Both the position numbers and the translations under genes were made by a program. Shown here piece by piece: positions 38,163 through 48,659 of a DNA stretch of 64,000 nt. Source of the DNA: Candidatus Micrarchaeia archaeon (GTDB taxonomy: Archaea; Micrarchaeota; Micrarchaeia; CAILAH01); assembly GCA_038874595.1 (NCBI GenBank), contig JAVZCB010000001.1, positions 32,001-96,000 of the forward strand, in the 5' to 3' direction. The notes under the pieces are model-generated. The model saw nothing but the letters and a program-made list of their open reading frames with translations. It was not told where the DNA came from and made no database searches. Numbering within the stretch: position 1 is the stretch's first letter; every line of letters begins with the position of its first letter.

Positions 38163-39066
38163 TGCTTCCTTCCCTCTCTTGCTTAGATGCCTTAATTTGG
38201 GAAGGATTCTTTATAATCGTATTTAGCAACGAGAGTATTGATGATATGGTGTACCCAAAAGAAAGCAGTACTGCAACAACACCGCACAGGAGCGCATACA
38301 TGCGCGCGCCCATCTTCTTTGCAATCTCACGCATCTTGCGCATCATAGATTTTCTCTGTTGCAGTGTGCCATCTCTCATATTCATTACTTCCTCAACAGT
38401 TATGCTCTCACCCAACTGGTTCAGCGCCTCAATGATTGAATAAAGGACACCAAGGTCTTTCTCCTCAAGCAGCATCCTCTTCAGCTTTTCCCTGCCGAGC
38501 ATTAATTTCCTTGAGCCAATAGTGCTTGCTATCCTGGACCTCACCGCAGGGTCCTTGCTGTCAAGCAAGTGCACGATTGTGCTTTCATACTTTGCAGGAG
38601 ATTTGATTACAGCCTCAAGTGCAGCCATTCTTTTCTCCATTGCAATATGCTTATCATCAACCGCCTGGACAAGCTCGCCCATTACAAGTTCTTTCCTTTC
38701 AAGAAACGCAAACACGCCAACAAGCTGTGAGCGTGTCCAAGAATCGCTTTTTCTGAACGCCTCTTTCATTATATGTATACCCTCATCACCTATCAGCGGC
38801 ATTACCATAAGTGCCTCCATTTTGAGTGGCTGGTCACTCTTCGAGATGAGAAGCGTCTTAAAAACTTCCTTCCCCTGCCCTTTGCGGAGCAGGTCCATCC
38901 ACATCTCTCCCCTTAAATCACTTGGTGCATTCCTTAGCTCGTTAAGGATATCCCTAACATCAGCTTTCCTTGAGTGCGCCTCCGCACCAAAATCCTTGAG
39001 AGTACTTTGTGCTGTCCTCGAATAACTGGAATTATAGCTGATCCTCTCCTGCATCCTTTGCTCCAC
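38149..39066 (-). CDS. HEAT/PBS-lyase repeat protein with C-terminal TM helix
   Basis: LLDSKDPAVRSRIASTIG-type repeats; hydrophobic segment near the C-terminus. Confidence 0.7.
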   Translation of the reverse strand: MEQRMQERISYNSSYSRTAQSTLKDFGAEAHSRKADVRDILNELRNAPSDLRGEMWMDLLRKGQGKEVFKTLLISKSDQPLKMEALMVMPLIGDEGIHIMKEAFRKSDSWTRSQLVGVFAFLERKELVMGELVQAVDDKHIAMEKRMAALEAVIKSPAKYESTIVHLLDSKDPAVRSRIASTIGSRKLMLGREKLKRMLLEEKDLGVLYSIIEALNQLGESITVEEVMNMRDGTLQQRKSMMRKMREIAKKMGARMYALLCGVVAVLLSFGYTISSILSLLNTIIKNPSQIKASKQEREGSNDYL

Positions 39067-39097
39067 TCCACCGGTATATAGCGTTTTTTAAGAAAAT

Positions 39098-40705
39098 TTA
39101 AAAACATTTAAATATGCCAACTTCCAATATTGCAACCGGGTGCTCAAGCCCAAACCTCTCCAGTATCTCAGGGTGTACTTCTCCAATAATCGCACCGTCG
39201 TTTTTAACCTTAACCTTTGCACACCTGCCCTCAATCATGAAAGGCATGCTTATAGGCTCTGCTTCATATCCCATCCCAAACCTGTCAAGCAGGAGCTTGA
39301 ACATCCCGCTTATTGATTCCAGCCCAGCCTCCTCCCCATATATTGCTGCACACAGATGCCAGTCTGTTTTCCCATCAGCGTGTACAACTTCGCCAATCTC
39401 AAACAGCTTAAGAGGGAGTTTGTATTTTTTATTCTGGGCAATGGTCCTGAGCATGCTTGGCATTAGCGATGTCCTTAACATTGTATTATCAGCAGTAAGA
39501 GGGTTTGCAATTTTGACGCACGGCGTATCCAAATCAAGATTTAACTTGCCGTATTCCTCTCGCTCGTTGCTGAGCACAAACGTGTTGATTTCAGAGTATC
39601 CCATACTGAGCATCAACTCTCTGAGCGGCTTGCGCACGCCCTGTGCATCCTTTCCTACAGTGAACAGCTCCGGCTTCTCCGGCTCAAAATTATTATAGCC
39701 GTATGCAATTGCAACATCCTCTGCAATATCACTGTTCCCGAATATATCAACCCTCCACGGCGGGTAGTATGCAACAGTGCGGCCGCGCTCATCAACAACA
39801 TCAATGCCTGTCTTGTGCAGCAGTGCAGCAATCTCACTTTTGCTGAACTTTGACCCTAGGAGGTTATTTACGAAATCACATGAGAATTCAATGGTTTTTC
39901 TTTGCAAGTTTGGGGTGCGCACAGATTCTTTTTCATATCTGATCTCAACATCCTCAATTTTTCCGCCGCGCATGCATAGCGCCATTGCAATTATGCACGC
40001 AGTGTTCTCAACACTCTTCTTATCAGTCCCAGTAATATCAACAAAGATATTGCGCGTCTCACTGCGCACCTTTGTGCGCTCAGAATTCAATATGGGCGGG
40101 AATGACATCACGCCTTTATCATCCGCAACAATTGGGTATTCGCGCTGTATGATGTGCGCAAACTCCCTTCCTTTCTCAGTCCTGAGCAGCACCTCTTTAG
40201 CGCTCATCTCCTCAGACTCAAACAACGGTATAAACTTCTCATTACCAGTGCCAGCATAGTATCTTATCTTTGTGCCAGCAACTGTATCAAGGTCGTGCAT
40301 CCCGATTGCAATTTTCTTCCGCTTTCTTCCGAACGTATCATGAATTTTCTCCTGGAACTGCATAATCCCCTCAACGGCGGCATCACTCATCTGGACATCT
40401 TTAGCAACAATGGCCGCAATGTACGGCCTGCTCGCAACCTTCCCCACCTCAACCACAAATTTTGAGTGAGGTATTTTTTCAGGGATTTTAGGGCGCTTGC
40501 CAGTAAAACACAGCAGTGAGTATGCAATCCCCTCAACAGCCAGGTAATCAGGCCTGTTTGGTGTCACTTCAATCAGCAGTGTGTCCCCCTCCCTGCCGTC
40601 AAGAGGCGCACCAATGCTGTCCAGCAGCGATGGGATTTCCTCCTCGCTGATTTCTTTATTGCACAATTCCATAAGGTCATTAACATTTGCCCTGAGCACT
40701 GCCAT
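39098..40705 (-). CDS. pheT: phenylalanine--tRNA ligase beta subunit
   Basis: EVTPNRPD, FPPILNS, R.DI...DIAEDVAIAYGY. Confidence 0.98.
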   Translation of the reverse strand: MAVLRANVNDLMELCNKEISEEEIPSLLDSIGAPLDGREGDTLLIEVTPNRPDYLAVEGIAYSLLCFTGKRPKIPEKIPHSKFVVEVGKVASRPYIAAIVAKDVQMSDAAVEGIMQFQEKIHDTFGRKRKKIAIGMHDLDTVAGTKIRYYAGTGNEKFIPLFESEEMSAKEVLLRTEKGREFAHIIQREYPIVADDKGVMSFPPILNSERTKVRSETRNIFVDITGTDKKSVENTACIIAMALCMRGGKIEDVEIRYEKESVRTPNLQRKTIEFSCDFVNNLLGSKFSKSEIAALLHKTGIDVVDERGRTVAYYPPWRVDIFGNSDIAEDVAIAYGYNNFEPEKPELFTVGKDAQGVRKPLRELMLSMGYSEINTFVLSNEREEYGKLNLDLDTPCVKIANPLTADNTMLRTSLMPSMLRTIAQNKKYKLPLKLFEIGEVVHADGKTDWHLCAAIYGEEAGLESISGMFKLLLDRFGMGYEAEPISMPFMIEGRCAKVKVKNDGAIIGEVHPEILERFGLEHPVAILEVGIFKCF

Positions 40706-40713
40706 AACATCAC

Positions 40714-42150
40714 CTACTCAAACAGCCACCTGAGTTTCCCTTCCTTGTACTTCTCAAGCTCGCGCAAGTCGTTCCTGTAGAACGCTCTGATATCCTCAAT
40801 ACCAAGCATTATCATGAGCGGCCTCTCAAGGCTGAGCCCCCACGCAAGTACGGGGTAATGGCCGAACAATGGATAGCACACCTCCTCTCTGAATATTCCG
40901 GCACCACCGAGCTCAACCCATATCTTCTTCTCTTTGAAATATGCGTGTATTTCAAGGCTCGGCTCGGTGTATGGGAAATAACTGGGCTTGAATATGACCT
41001 TCTCAAATCCAAGCTTTCGGTAGAACTCCCCAAGAACCCATAGGAGGTTCCTGAAATTTGCCTTATCCCACGCAATTATACCCTCAACTTGGTGAAACTC
41101 TGCAAGGTGCTTGTAATCTATCGCTTCATTCCTGAATATCCTGCCGATTGCAAAGAATTTCCCCTGTGGTATTTCAAGCTCGCTGAGCTTCCTCGATGAA
41201 ACCGCAGTTGTGTGTGTTCTTAAGATTGCTTTCTCTGCCTCATCAAGGCTCCAGTGGCCACCCCATTTTTCAAGATGCACCTGCTTCACTTTGTTTATTG
41301 GCGCATTTTTCTCCAGCTTGATTTTGGCAGGGCCTTTCAAGTAGAACGTATCCGCAAGCTCGCGTGCAGGATGGTCCTGTGGCTGGAATAATGCATCAAA
41401 GTTCCAGAACGCACTCTCCACAAGGCCGCCTTCCATCTCCTCAAACCCCATCTCAGTAAAAATCTCACTCACGCGTTTCCTGAACTTGCGCAGGATATTC
41501 TCCCGGCCGTAACCTGGCATTTCACCAGGTGCTGCAACGTTATACGTTTTGAATGCCTTCCCTTTCCACCTGCCACTAATAATATCTTCGTGTGTCAGCT
41601 TATCTATCATGTCCACCTGCTTGGTTTCCTTCTCGGCATCGAGCAGTTTCCTGCCTGTGTGTGTAATCCTCACAATAACATCCTTAACTCGCTTTTGTAC
41701 CAGCAAGCCCCTTCTGATAAGCTCTTCATCACTCTCTTTTCCCTTAAGCTTGCTGCGCAGCGGATATCCCTTTTCAAGCATCTCACTGCCTTTATCAGTA
41801 ATCTTCGCTTTCCCTTCGCTTATGCTCACAAAGCCTTTCTTAATCGCCCAGCTGAGCCCTATCCGTCTTTCCATATCTGTGAGTGTATCGAGGCTGCATC
41901 CGCCTTTCTGTGCAGCTTTCCTGGCAACATTTTCCTCTGGCAATCCATTTTCAGCACAGGCCTTTCCCTCCTCGCTCAGCTCATACTCAACTGACTCTAT
42001 AGTTTTTGATTCTATTGCACCAATCTCTTTAAGCGATTCTATTGCACTGAATATTCCTGAGATGTCAAGCCCCTTCTTTTGTGCAATCTCTGACGCTGCT
42101 GCATCTTTTGCAGCTGCCGCCTCTAAAACAGCCCTTTCATAATTATTCAT
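40714..42150 (-). CDS. pheS: phenylalanine--tRNA ligase alpha subunit
   Basis: FWNFDALFQPQDHPAR, RTHTT, FPYTEPS. Confidence 0.98.
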   Translation of the reverse strand: MNNYERAVLEAAAAKDAAASEIAQKKGLDISGIFSAIESLKEIGAIESKTIESVEYELSEEGKACAENGLPEENVARKAAQKGGCSLDTLTDMERRIGLSWAIKKGFVSISEGKAKITDKGSEMLEKGYPLRSKLKGKESDEELIRRGLLVQKRVKDVIVRITHTGRKLLDAEKETKQVDMIDKLTHEDIISGRWKGKAFKTYNVAAPGEMPGYGRENILRKFRKRVSEIFTEMGFEEMEGGLVESAFWNFDALFQPQDHPARELADTFYLKGPAKIKLEKNAPINKVKQVHLEKWGGHWSLDEAEKAILRTHTTAVSSRKLSELEIPQGKFFAIGRIFRNEAIDYKHLAEFHQVEGIIAWDKANFRNLLWVLGEFYRKLGFEKVIFKPSYFPYTEPSLEIHAYFKEKKIWVELGGAGIFREEVCYPLFGHYPVLAWGLSLERPLMIMLGIEDIRAFYRNDLRELEKYKEGKLRWLFE

Positions 42151-42931
42151 TGCCCCCCACCTTCGCCTTCAAGATGAAATATGTAGCTACAATGAGCAAT
42201 ACCATTATCATAGTGTATATGCCCTCTTGTGACGCAATAAACCCATAGAACGTATCCTTGATTGTTGCAAAGTATTTTTCAACTTCATCACGCAATGATT
42301 CCTCATATACATACACAAACCTGAAGTCCTGCAGTATCGTCTTTCCTTTCCAGAAGAATTCTTTATCATTCTTGTTCAGGACGTTAATGTTTTGGGCCAG
42401 TGGATCAACTGCCTTTACCTGGACGTTTTCAGGCAGTATTATGTACAGGTAATCAGTCTCTTCAAGCACGATATCCCCTCGGCTGTTCGTGCTAAATGAT
42501 AACCCATCTTTTATGATTGAGAGCTCGTATGTGCGCGCCTTCACTTGCTTTTTCTCAAACAGCCCTTTTGTGTCATACTCAATCTGAAGCACACCTTCAT
42601 AGCTTGGATTAATAAGGCTGAGCTTTTGAAGAGGCTGTGGGATTACCCTAAGATTGCTGATTGGAGCCTTATTGGGATTAATGTGATACCTTATCTTATC
42701 TATGCCTGTCCTAGTCTTCCAGCTAGTGATATCGTTTGTGATTGCTATGTTGCTGTTATATATTTCAGCTGAGGATTCACCATCAATCTTTATTGATATC
42801 TTTTCAATAATGTGCGCATTTCCTTCCTGGTCAGCGTAAATCCGCACGTTAGTGTTATCATAAGTGAATACTGCACCGACGATTCCACCGAATACAGCCA
42901 CTAAGCATAGTAATAAAAACAATTTACGCAT
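42143..42931 (-). CDS. secreted protein with C-terminal TM anchor
   Basis: Signal peptide MRKLFLLLCLVAV...; C-terminal hydrophobic helix followed by basic residues. Confidence 0.75.
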   Translation of the reverse strand: MRKLFLLLCLVAVFGGIVGAVFTYDNTNVRIYADQEGNAHIIEKISIKIDGESSAEIYNSNIAITNDITSWKTRTGIDKIRYHINPNKAPISNLRVIPQPLQKLSLINPSYEGVLQIEYDTKGLFEKKQVKARTYELSIIKDGLSFSTNSRGDIVLEETDYLYIILPENVQVKAVDPLAQNINVLNKNDKEFFWKGKTILQDFRFVYVYEESLRDEVEKYFATIKDTFYGFIASQEGIYTMIMVLLIVATYFILKAKVGGNE

Positions 42932-42969
42932 AATATAGTTAAACAACAATACATTTAAAAGTGGTAATT

Positions 42970-43596
42970 ATGAACCTATTATTCCTTGGAGAAGCCGGTG
43001 TTGTGGCGTCTTTCCCTAACGGGAAGGTTGCAATAGACCCAGTGTCAGCACAGGTACCGCGCGACCGCATAATTGAGGAGTGCAGGGACCTCAAGCTTAT
43101 ACTGATTACGCATGAGCACAAAGAGCATTTTGATAGGGAGCTTGTTGAGGCACTTTTTGAAAAGTACAGGCCGTATGTTATAGGCCCGAGGCACGTGCTT
43201 GATAACCTCAGCGTGCATTCAACATATAAGAGCGATGTGGTGGTTGGGGATACGTTTGAGCTTAATGGGTTTGAGGTTAGGGTGATGCAAGTGTTCCACC
43301 CGCAGGCAAAGTATGCGGTCTCATATTTTGTCAAGTCTGGTGGTGCAACCCTTTACCATGCTGGCGATACGTACGAGACAGACCAGCTTTACAAGATTAA
43401 GGCAGATGTGGGCATTCTGCCAATCAAAGGTATGGAAACGATGGATGCCGCGCGTGTGGCGCGCATGTCCCAGCGCCTGCAATTCGGCAAGATATTCCCG
43501 GTTTACTGGGGTGACAGCAAGAACCTCGTTGAGTTCCTTATGGTTGCAAAAGAGAAAGGCCTCAGGCCACGGCTCGGCGATTGGGTCTCTGTGTAA
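42970..43596 (+). CDS. MBL-fold metallo-hydrolase (UPF0173-like, degenerate motif)
   Basis: IDP, ITHEHKEH, YHAGDT, ILPI.G. Confidence 0.85.
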   Translation: MNLLFLGEAGVVASFPNGKVAIDPVSAQVPRDRIIEECRDLKLILITHEHKEHFDRELVEALFEKYRPYVIGPRHVLDNLSVHSTYKSDVVVGDTFELNGFEVRVMQVFHPQAKYAVSYFVKSGGATLYHAGDTYETDQLYKIKADVGILPIKGMETMDAARVARMSQRLQFGKIFPVYWGDSKNLVEFLMVAKEKGLRPRLGDWVSV

Positions 43597-43606
43597 AGGC
43601 GGTCTT

Positions 43607-44989
43607 ATGGCCAGTAATAAATTACCGCTTGCCTTTTTGTTTTTGTTAATTTATGTCTCTTTCATTTTTGCGTCTTCTTCAGTCGAGGTTGTTATGTATC
43701 CTGACTCAAACTCATACGTACTGCGTACATATTCATTCTCCGTGCCCGGGCCGTTTACGCTAAACCCAGAGGAGATAAAAGGCATATCCCCCCAGGCAAT
43801 CTCAGTGTTCGGTGATGGTGCAGATGCCTATTTCATCTCACAATACTTAGTGAACAGCACACGGCAGGAGCGCAAGTCTCTTGCAGAGATTATTAATGAG
43901 AGTATAGGCAGGCAGGTTGCAATAAAAACAAAGTCGGGTGCATCTTACAACTCAACCCTGCTCTGGTATGACAGCAGTTATATAGGTGTTTCCGGGAAGG
44001 ACAGCTTGCAGGTAATATCTCTTGATGATGTTGCAGAGATATCCCTCCCGGCAACAAGCACTACTAAAAGCGTGAATTACAGCGAGAGCAAGTTATCAGT
44101 ATTTGGTGCGGCCATAAAGCCCAACAGTGCGCTCACGTTCGGGTACGTAAAGCGCGACCTGTCTTGGGGCATTGATTATGACCTGGTAGTATCAGGTGAC
44201 AGGGGCAAGCTTGTGCAGTATGCAACAATAACAAACAGCGGTGATGAGGCATATTCTGATGCTGCATTAACGCTTTCAATGCTGGACGTGAATTTTGTAG
44301 GTGTGAGGCCGTCGTATTACTATAACTATTACGCAGCCAAATCGAATATAATGTATGAGGCAGCGCCTGGGTACGGCCAGCCCGCATCGTCTAAACCAGA
44401 GTTTGAATCTTCACTGAAAGGTGGTATGTGGTCGTATACACCATCCACACCCATAACTTTGTGTGCGCACAGTTCTCACAAGATGGTTATTTTTAAAGAT
44501 GATGCAGTTTACACGAAGAAACAGGTATGGGATATAAGGCGCGGCAGTACGGTTTACCGCGTTTATGAGCTTAACAACTCGCGCAAGGAGGTCCTGCCAT
44601 CCGGCACCGTGCACGTGTTTGATGGCGGCACGTTCGTTGGTGAGGATACAATTGAAATGCTCGGCAGCGGGAGCTCGAAAGAGCTTTACGTCTCCAATGT
44701 CCCGCACATTGAAGTTGAGCGTACAATCATTTCTGATTCCGTAACCGGCAACTCGATAACGAGCTTCACGCATACAGTTAAGGTGCGGCTTAAACTGAAA
44801 AACCGCAGCGATTCAACAGAATCTGTTGAGGTGCGTGAGGACTTGTCAGGGTATAGCAATTTCAGGTATGTTTCATATTCGGTGCAGCCGTTCAAGGTCG
44901 ATGGTGGGAAGGCGTACTGGAACGTGCCGGTGGGTGCGGGTGCAGAGCAGGTTGTTGAGTATGTTTACACATACTCAAGCACTTACTGA
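43607..44989 (+). CDS. DUF4139-domain secreted protein
   Basis: Signal peptide; SW..DYDL, ATITNSG..Y, LPSG.V.V, FVGED.I, VEVRE. Confidence 0.82.
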   Translation: MASNKLPLAFLFLLIYVSFIFASSSVEVVMYPDSNSYVLRTYSFSVPGPFTLNPEEIKGISPQAISVFGDGADAYFISQYLVNSTRQERKSLAEIINESIGRQVAIKTKSGASYNSTLLWYDSSYIGVSGKDSLQVISLDDVAEISLPATSTTKSVNYSESKLSVFGAAIKPNSALTFGYVKRDLSWGIDYDLVVSGDRGKLVQYATITNSGDEAYSDAALTLSMLDVNFVGVRPSYYYNYYAAKSNIMYEAAPGYGQPASSKPEFESSLKGGMWSYTPSTPITLCAHSSHKMVIFKDDAVYTKKQVWDIRRGSTVYRVYELNNSRKEVLPSGTVHVFDGGTFVGEDTIEMLGSGSSKELYVSNVPHIEVERTIISDSVTGNSITSFTHTVKVRLKLKNRSDSTESVEVREDLSGYSNFRYVSYSVQPFKVDGGKAYWNVPVGAGAEQVVEYVYTYSSTY

Positions 44990-45013
44990 TAATGCTAAAT
45001 AAAAGGTGGATAA

Positions 45014-45445
45014 ATGGGCGACTCTGAGATGATTTACCTGGAAAAGAAGGTTGTGTGCAAGAAGTGTGGGCATATGCACGAGTTTAATATACGCACAAAC
45101 CTCTCAGTAACCAACTTCACGTTTAATGCAACGTGTGTTGAATGCGGCGGTCGTATCGTGATTGACCTTGATTCAATATTCAAGGGTGGGAAAGCGCCTG
45201 AGCAGATAAGCTCAATACACGACCCATACCTTAATGTGGACGCTTCGGCAACTTCCAGTAGCACGACATCCAACCTGCCGCTTGACCTTGATGCCGTTGA
45301 TGGCATTGATGAAAGCACATCATCTGAATCTTCAGGCACGTCTTCCTCGCAGGAAGGGCAGGGAGACGGGTCTATCTTTGATAGCAATACTGAGCCGATG
45401 CCGGATGTGTCATCTTTCTTTGATGACATTGAGGAAAACAAGTAA
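45014..45445 (+). CDS. Zn-ribbon protein with acidic Ser-rich tail
   Basis: CKKCG...CVECG; low-complexity C-terminal half; SD GGTGG. Confidence 0.75.
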   Translation: MGDSEMIYLEKKVVCKKCGHMHEFNIRTNLSVTNFTFNATCVECGGRIVIDLDSIFKGGKAPEQISSIHDPYLNVDASATSSSTTSNLPLDLDAVDGIDESTSSESSGTSSSQEGQGDGSIFDSNTEPMPDVSSFFDDIEENK

Positions 45446-45543
45446 TTTGGCTGCGCATGAAAACGAAAAGAAACCTATGTTTTTCCTTGCTTTTTGTTAT
45501 ATAATATAAAAACAGAAAAATAGATATTATGAATAAAAAAATT

Positions 45544-47520
45544 TTAGATGAGGCCGAGTGATGCGGCCATCAAGGCACCCGCAAACACCAGTGATACTGT
45601 GTTGAGCACCTTGATTAAGGCGTTCAGTGCGGGCCCTGCAGTATCCTTTAACGGGTCACCTACAGTGTCACCGACAACAGCCGCTTTGTGCGTGTCGCTT
45701 CCTTTACCGCCAAGGTTACCTGCTTCAATATACTTCTTTGCGTTGTCCCACGCCGCTCCGGATGTGCACATAAACAGCGCCATCAGGAAACCGCTGGCGA
45801 TTGCGCCCGCAAGCAGCCCGGCAAGTGCGGCAGTCCCAAACAGGTACCCAACCACTATTGGTGCGAACACAGCAATTATGCCAGGGAGCGCAAGCTCCTT
45901 AAGTGCGGTTGCCGTACTTATATCCACACACTTTGCGTAGTCGGCTTTTGCCTTACCGGTCATCAGGCCCTTTATCTCCCTGAACTGCCTTCTCACTTCC
46001 TCAACTATCTCAAACGCCGCCCTGCCCACAGCGAGCATTAGCAGGCTTGAGAATATGAAAGGAAGCAGTGCACCTATAAATAACCCAACCACAACAGGTG
46101 TTGAAAGCAGGTCCACGGATGCAAGCTTGCTTTCAGCTGCAAAGGCCGCAAACAGTGCAAGCGCGCCAAGCGCTGCACCGCCGATTGCAAACCCTTTGGT
46201 TGTTGCCTTGGTGGTATTGCCCACCGCATCAAGCTCATCGGTCACTTTTCTGACCTTTTCAGGCAGGCCTGACATCTCCGCAATCCCGCCTGCATTATCA
46301 GTTATCGGGCCGTACGAGTCAACCGCAATCACTATTCCGCTCAATGAGAGCATTGCCGCTGCTGCAAGCGCAACACCGTAAATGCCGCCAAGCTTGAACG
46401 AGACGATAATTGCAGCAACTACAAGCACTGCGGGCAAGAGTGTTGATTCCATCCCGACCGCAAGCCCGGTAATCAGGTTTGTCCCGGCACCTGTCTTAGC
46501 CGCCTCTGCAATCTTCCTGACAGGCCTGAACTGTGTCCCTGTGTAATATTCGGTTATCAGGAACAGCAGGAATGTCACGATTGCACCAATAGCCACAACA
46601 TAGAAGTAGTTGGTAATGCCACCAAAGTATAGCAGTGTGCCGATGAGCATTACCGCAGATGCCACGAACAACCCTGTATAGAAAGAGAACATAATGTTTC
46701 TTGTCCAGAGCCTCACAAACAGTGACCCGATAATGCTTGCCAGCACACCAAGTGCGGCAATGCCGAGCGGCATTACAACCTCGTTTGCAAGGTGGCCAAG
46801 AAGCATTGCAGCAATTACGGTTACCACGAATGACTCAAACACATCAGCCGCCATACCCGCGCAGTCGCCAACATTATCACCGACGTTATCTGCAATCACT
46901 GCAGGGTTTCTTGGGTCATCCTCAGGGATTCCTTTCTCCACTTTTCCTACAAGGTCTGCACCCACATCGGCAGCTTTTGTATATATACCGCCACCGACCC
47001 TTGCGAACAGTGATATCAAAGATGCACCAAACCCGAACCCTACAAGCGGTGCAAGCTCGCCGTTAAAGTATATGTAAAGCGCGCTTATCCCGATAAGGCC
47101 GAGCCCTACAAGTGCCATCCCTGTGACGGCACCGCCTCTGAACGCCATCGAGAGTGCGGCTTTCAATCCATTGCTGGCTGCTTGGGCAACCCTGACGTTA
47201 CCCCTCACAGCGGTCTGCATGCCGATATAACCGGCAAGTGCAGATGATATTACACCAACAATGAACGCAATCGCAGTTGGCATGCCGACAAATGCATATA
47301 TGGCCGCCGCAAGCAGTATCACGATGGGAAGCAGTGTCTTATACTGCCTCATCAGGTACGCATTTGCACCTTCCTCAATCGCCTTCGCAATACTCTGCAT
47401 TTTCTCGTTGCCCTTGGGAGACCTCAATATACTAAATACAAGGGCGCCCGAGTAAATGATGGCCAATATGCCTACTGCCAGCGCAAAATAAACCTCGCTA
47501 ACTCCAAATATCATAGGCAT
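45544..47520 (-). CDS. hppA: membrane H+-translocating pyrophosphatase (K+-independent signature)
   Basis: GGGIYTKAADVGADLVGKVE, DNVGDNVGD, GNTTKAT, GDTVGDPLKDT. Confidence 0.96.
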   Translation of the reverse strand: MPMIFGVSEVYFALAVGILAIIYSGALVFSILRSPKGNEKMQSIAKAIEEGANAYLMRQYKTLLPIVILLAAAIYAFVGMPTAIAFIVGVISSALAGYIGMQTAVRGNVRVAQAASNGLKAALSMAFRGGAVTGMALVGLGLIGISALYIYFNGELAPLVGFGFGASLISLFARVGGGIYTKAADVGADLVGKVEKGIPEDDPRNPAVIADNVGDNVGDCAGMAADVFESFVVTVIAAMLLGHLANEVVMPLGIAALGVLASIIGSLFVRLWTRNIMFSFYTGLFVASAVMLIGTLLYFGGITNYFYVVAIGAIVTFLLFLITEYYTGTQFRPVRKIAEAAKTGAGTNLITGLAVGMESTLLPAVLVVAAIIVSFKLGGIYGVALAAAAMLSLSGIVIAVDSYGPITDNAGGIAEMSGLPEKVRKVTDELDAVGNTTKATTKGFAIGGAALGALALFAAFAAESKLASVDLLSTPVVVGLFIGALLPFIFSSLLMLAVGRAAFEIVEEVRRQFREIKGLMTGKAKADYAKCVDISTATALKELALPGIIAVFAPIVVGYLFGTAALAGLLAGAIASGFLMALFMCTSGAAWDNAKKYIEAGNLGGKGSDTHKAAVVGDTVGDPLKDTAGPALNALIKVLNTVSLVFAGALMAASLGLI

Positions 47521-47594
47521 TTACACCCCACTATGTGAACTTTAAAAACAGCGATATTTTTAAGCTTATATGGAGTTTTTCGTCTGATATGTTG

Positions 47595-48221
47595 CTATCC
47601 AAACAGGAATATGGGCCCAAGATATATCAGGAGTGCTACTGCAAATGCCACTGCCCATATTATCCAGTTCCACCATAGTACTTTACTACCATCAAGCGGA
47701 AATATAGGTATCAGGTTGAACAATGCAAGTATACCGTTGATGCTATAGCCGATAAGTGCAATCTCGCTCAGGATTGATTTAGGGCCAAACGTTGCCACAA
47801 GGATTGGGAGCATTGCAATGAATGCAAGCGCAAGCACCATATTAGTAACCGGTCCTGCAAGTGATATCAGGCCGTTCTGTTTTCGTGTAATGTGCGGTGC
47901 GTATATGTACACAGCACCGGGTGCCGCCAGCACAAACCCGAACACAGAAAACACAAGCGCCATCAGTAGCCCAAGCGGCCAAATCCTGAACGCCGCATAA
48001 GCACCGTAATGCTGTGCAACAATCTTGTGCGCCATCTCGTGCAGTATGAACGCTGACCCCACAGTTATTATCATTATGCCCATCTGTTTTGCAAGGCCTA
48101 CAACCGAGAACTTTGCAAGATTGGAAATACCGGTGAATGCAATCACAAGCGCTATTGATATTGCTATTGTTGCAATTGCAATATCATTGATTTCAACCCA
48201 ATCAATTGAAAACTTCTTCAT
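47595..48221 (-). CDS. site-2 protease (M50)
   Basis: HEMAH, AGP..N, FNLIP..PLDG. Confidence 0.95.
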   Translation of the reverse strand: MKKFSIDWVEINDIAIATIAISIALVIAFTGISNLAKFSVVGLAKQMGIMIITVGSAFILHEMAHKIVAQHYGAYAAFRIWPLGLLMALVFSVFGFVLAAPGAVYIYAPHITRKQNGLISLAGPVTNMVLALAFIAMLPILVATFGPKSILSEIALIGYSINGILALFNLIPIFPLDGSKVLWWNWIIWAVAFAVALLIYLGPIFLFG

Positions 48222-48242
48222 TGTTACACACTTCAAGTTATT

Positions 48243-48644
48243 TTAGCGTATTTCAATTACCTGCTCTTCATCGTTTACCTTAACCTTGGCACGTGAGAAC
48301 GTCCCAGCATATGATGCAATCTTACACTTGATTTCCCTGTTGTTTTCAGCGAGCACCCTGATTTCCTGGCCGAGCCGCCCGTCCTCAAGCGCCTCACCGC
48401 GCAGCCAACCACTCATCGTATCGCTTACTATTGTGACCGCATCGCCTTTCTTTACACCACGCGCGTGCGGGTACCAAAACGGTGATAGCAAAGTTATCCC
48501 GAGTGCAAGCGCGAGCATCTTCAGCAAAAGCATCAGGTCCGCCTCAGGCCACAGCGCAAACACTACCAGCGCAACCGAAAAAGAAACAAGAAATGTCCCA
48601 ATGATCACCCTAATGTTAAAGTTCATCTCTTTATCACCATGCAT
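48243..48644 (-). CDS. 2-TM protein with FlgA C-terminal-like domain
   Basis: VKKGDAVTIV...GEALEDGRLGQEIRV. Confidence 0.65.
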   Translation of the reverse strand: MHGDKEMNFNIRVIIGTFLVSFSVALVVFALWPEADLMLLLKMLALALGITLLSPFWYPHARGVKKGDAVTIVSDTMSGWLRGEALEDGRLGQEIRVLAENNREIKCKIASYAGTFSRAKVKVNDEEQVIEIR

Positions 48645-48659
48645 CCAATCCGTATGCCA

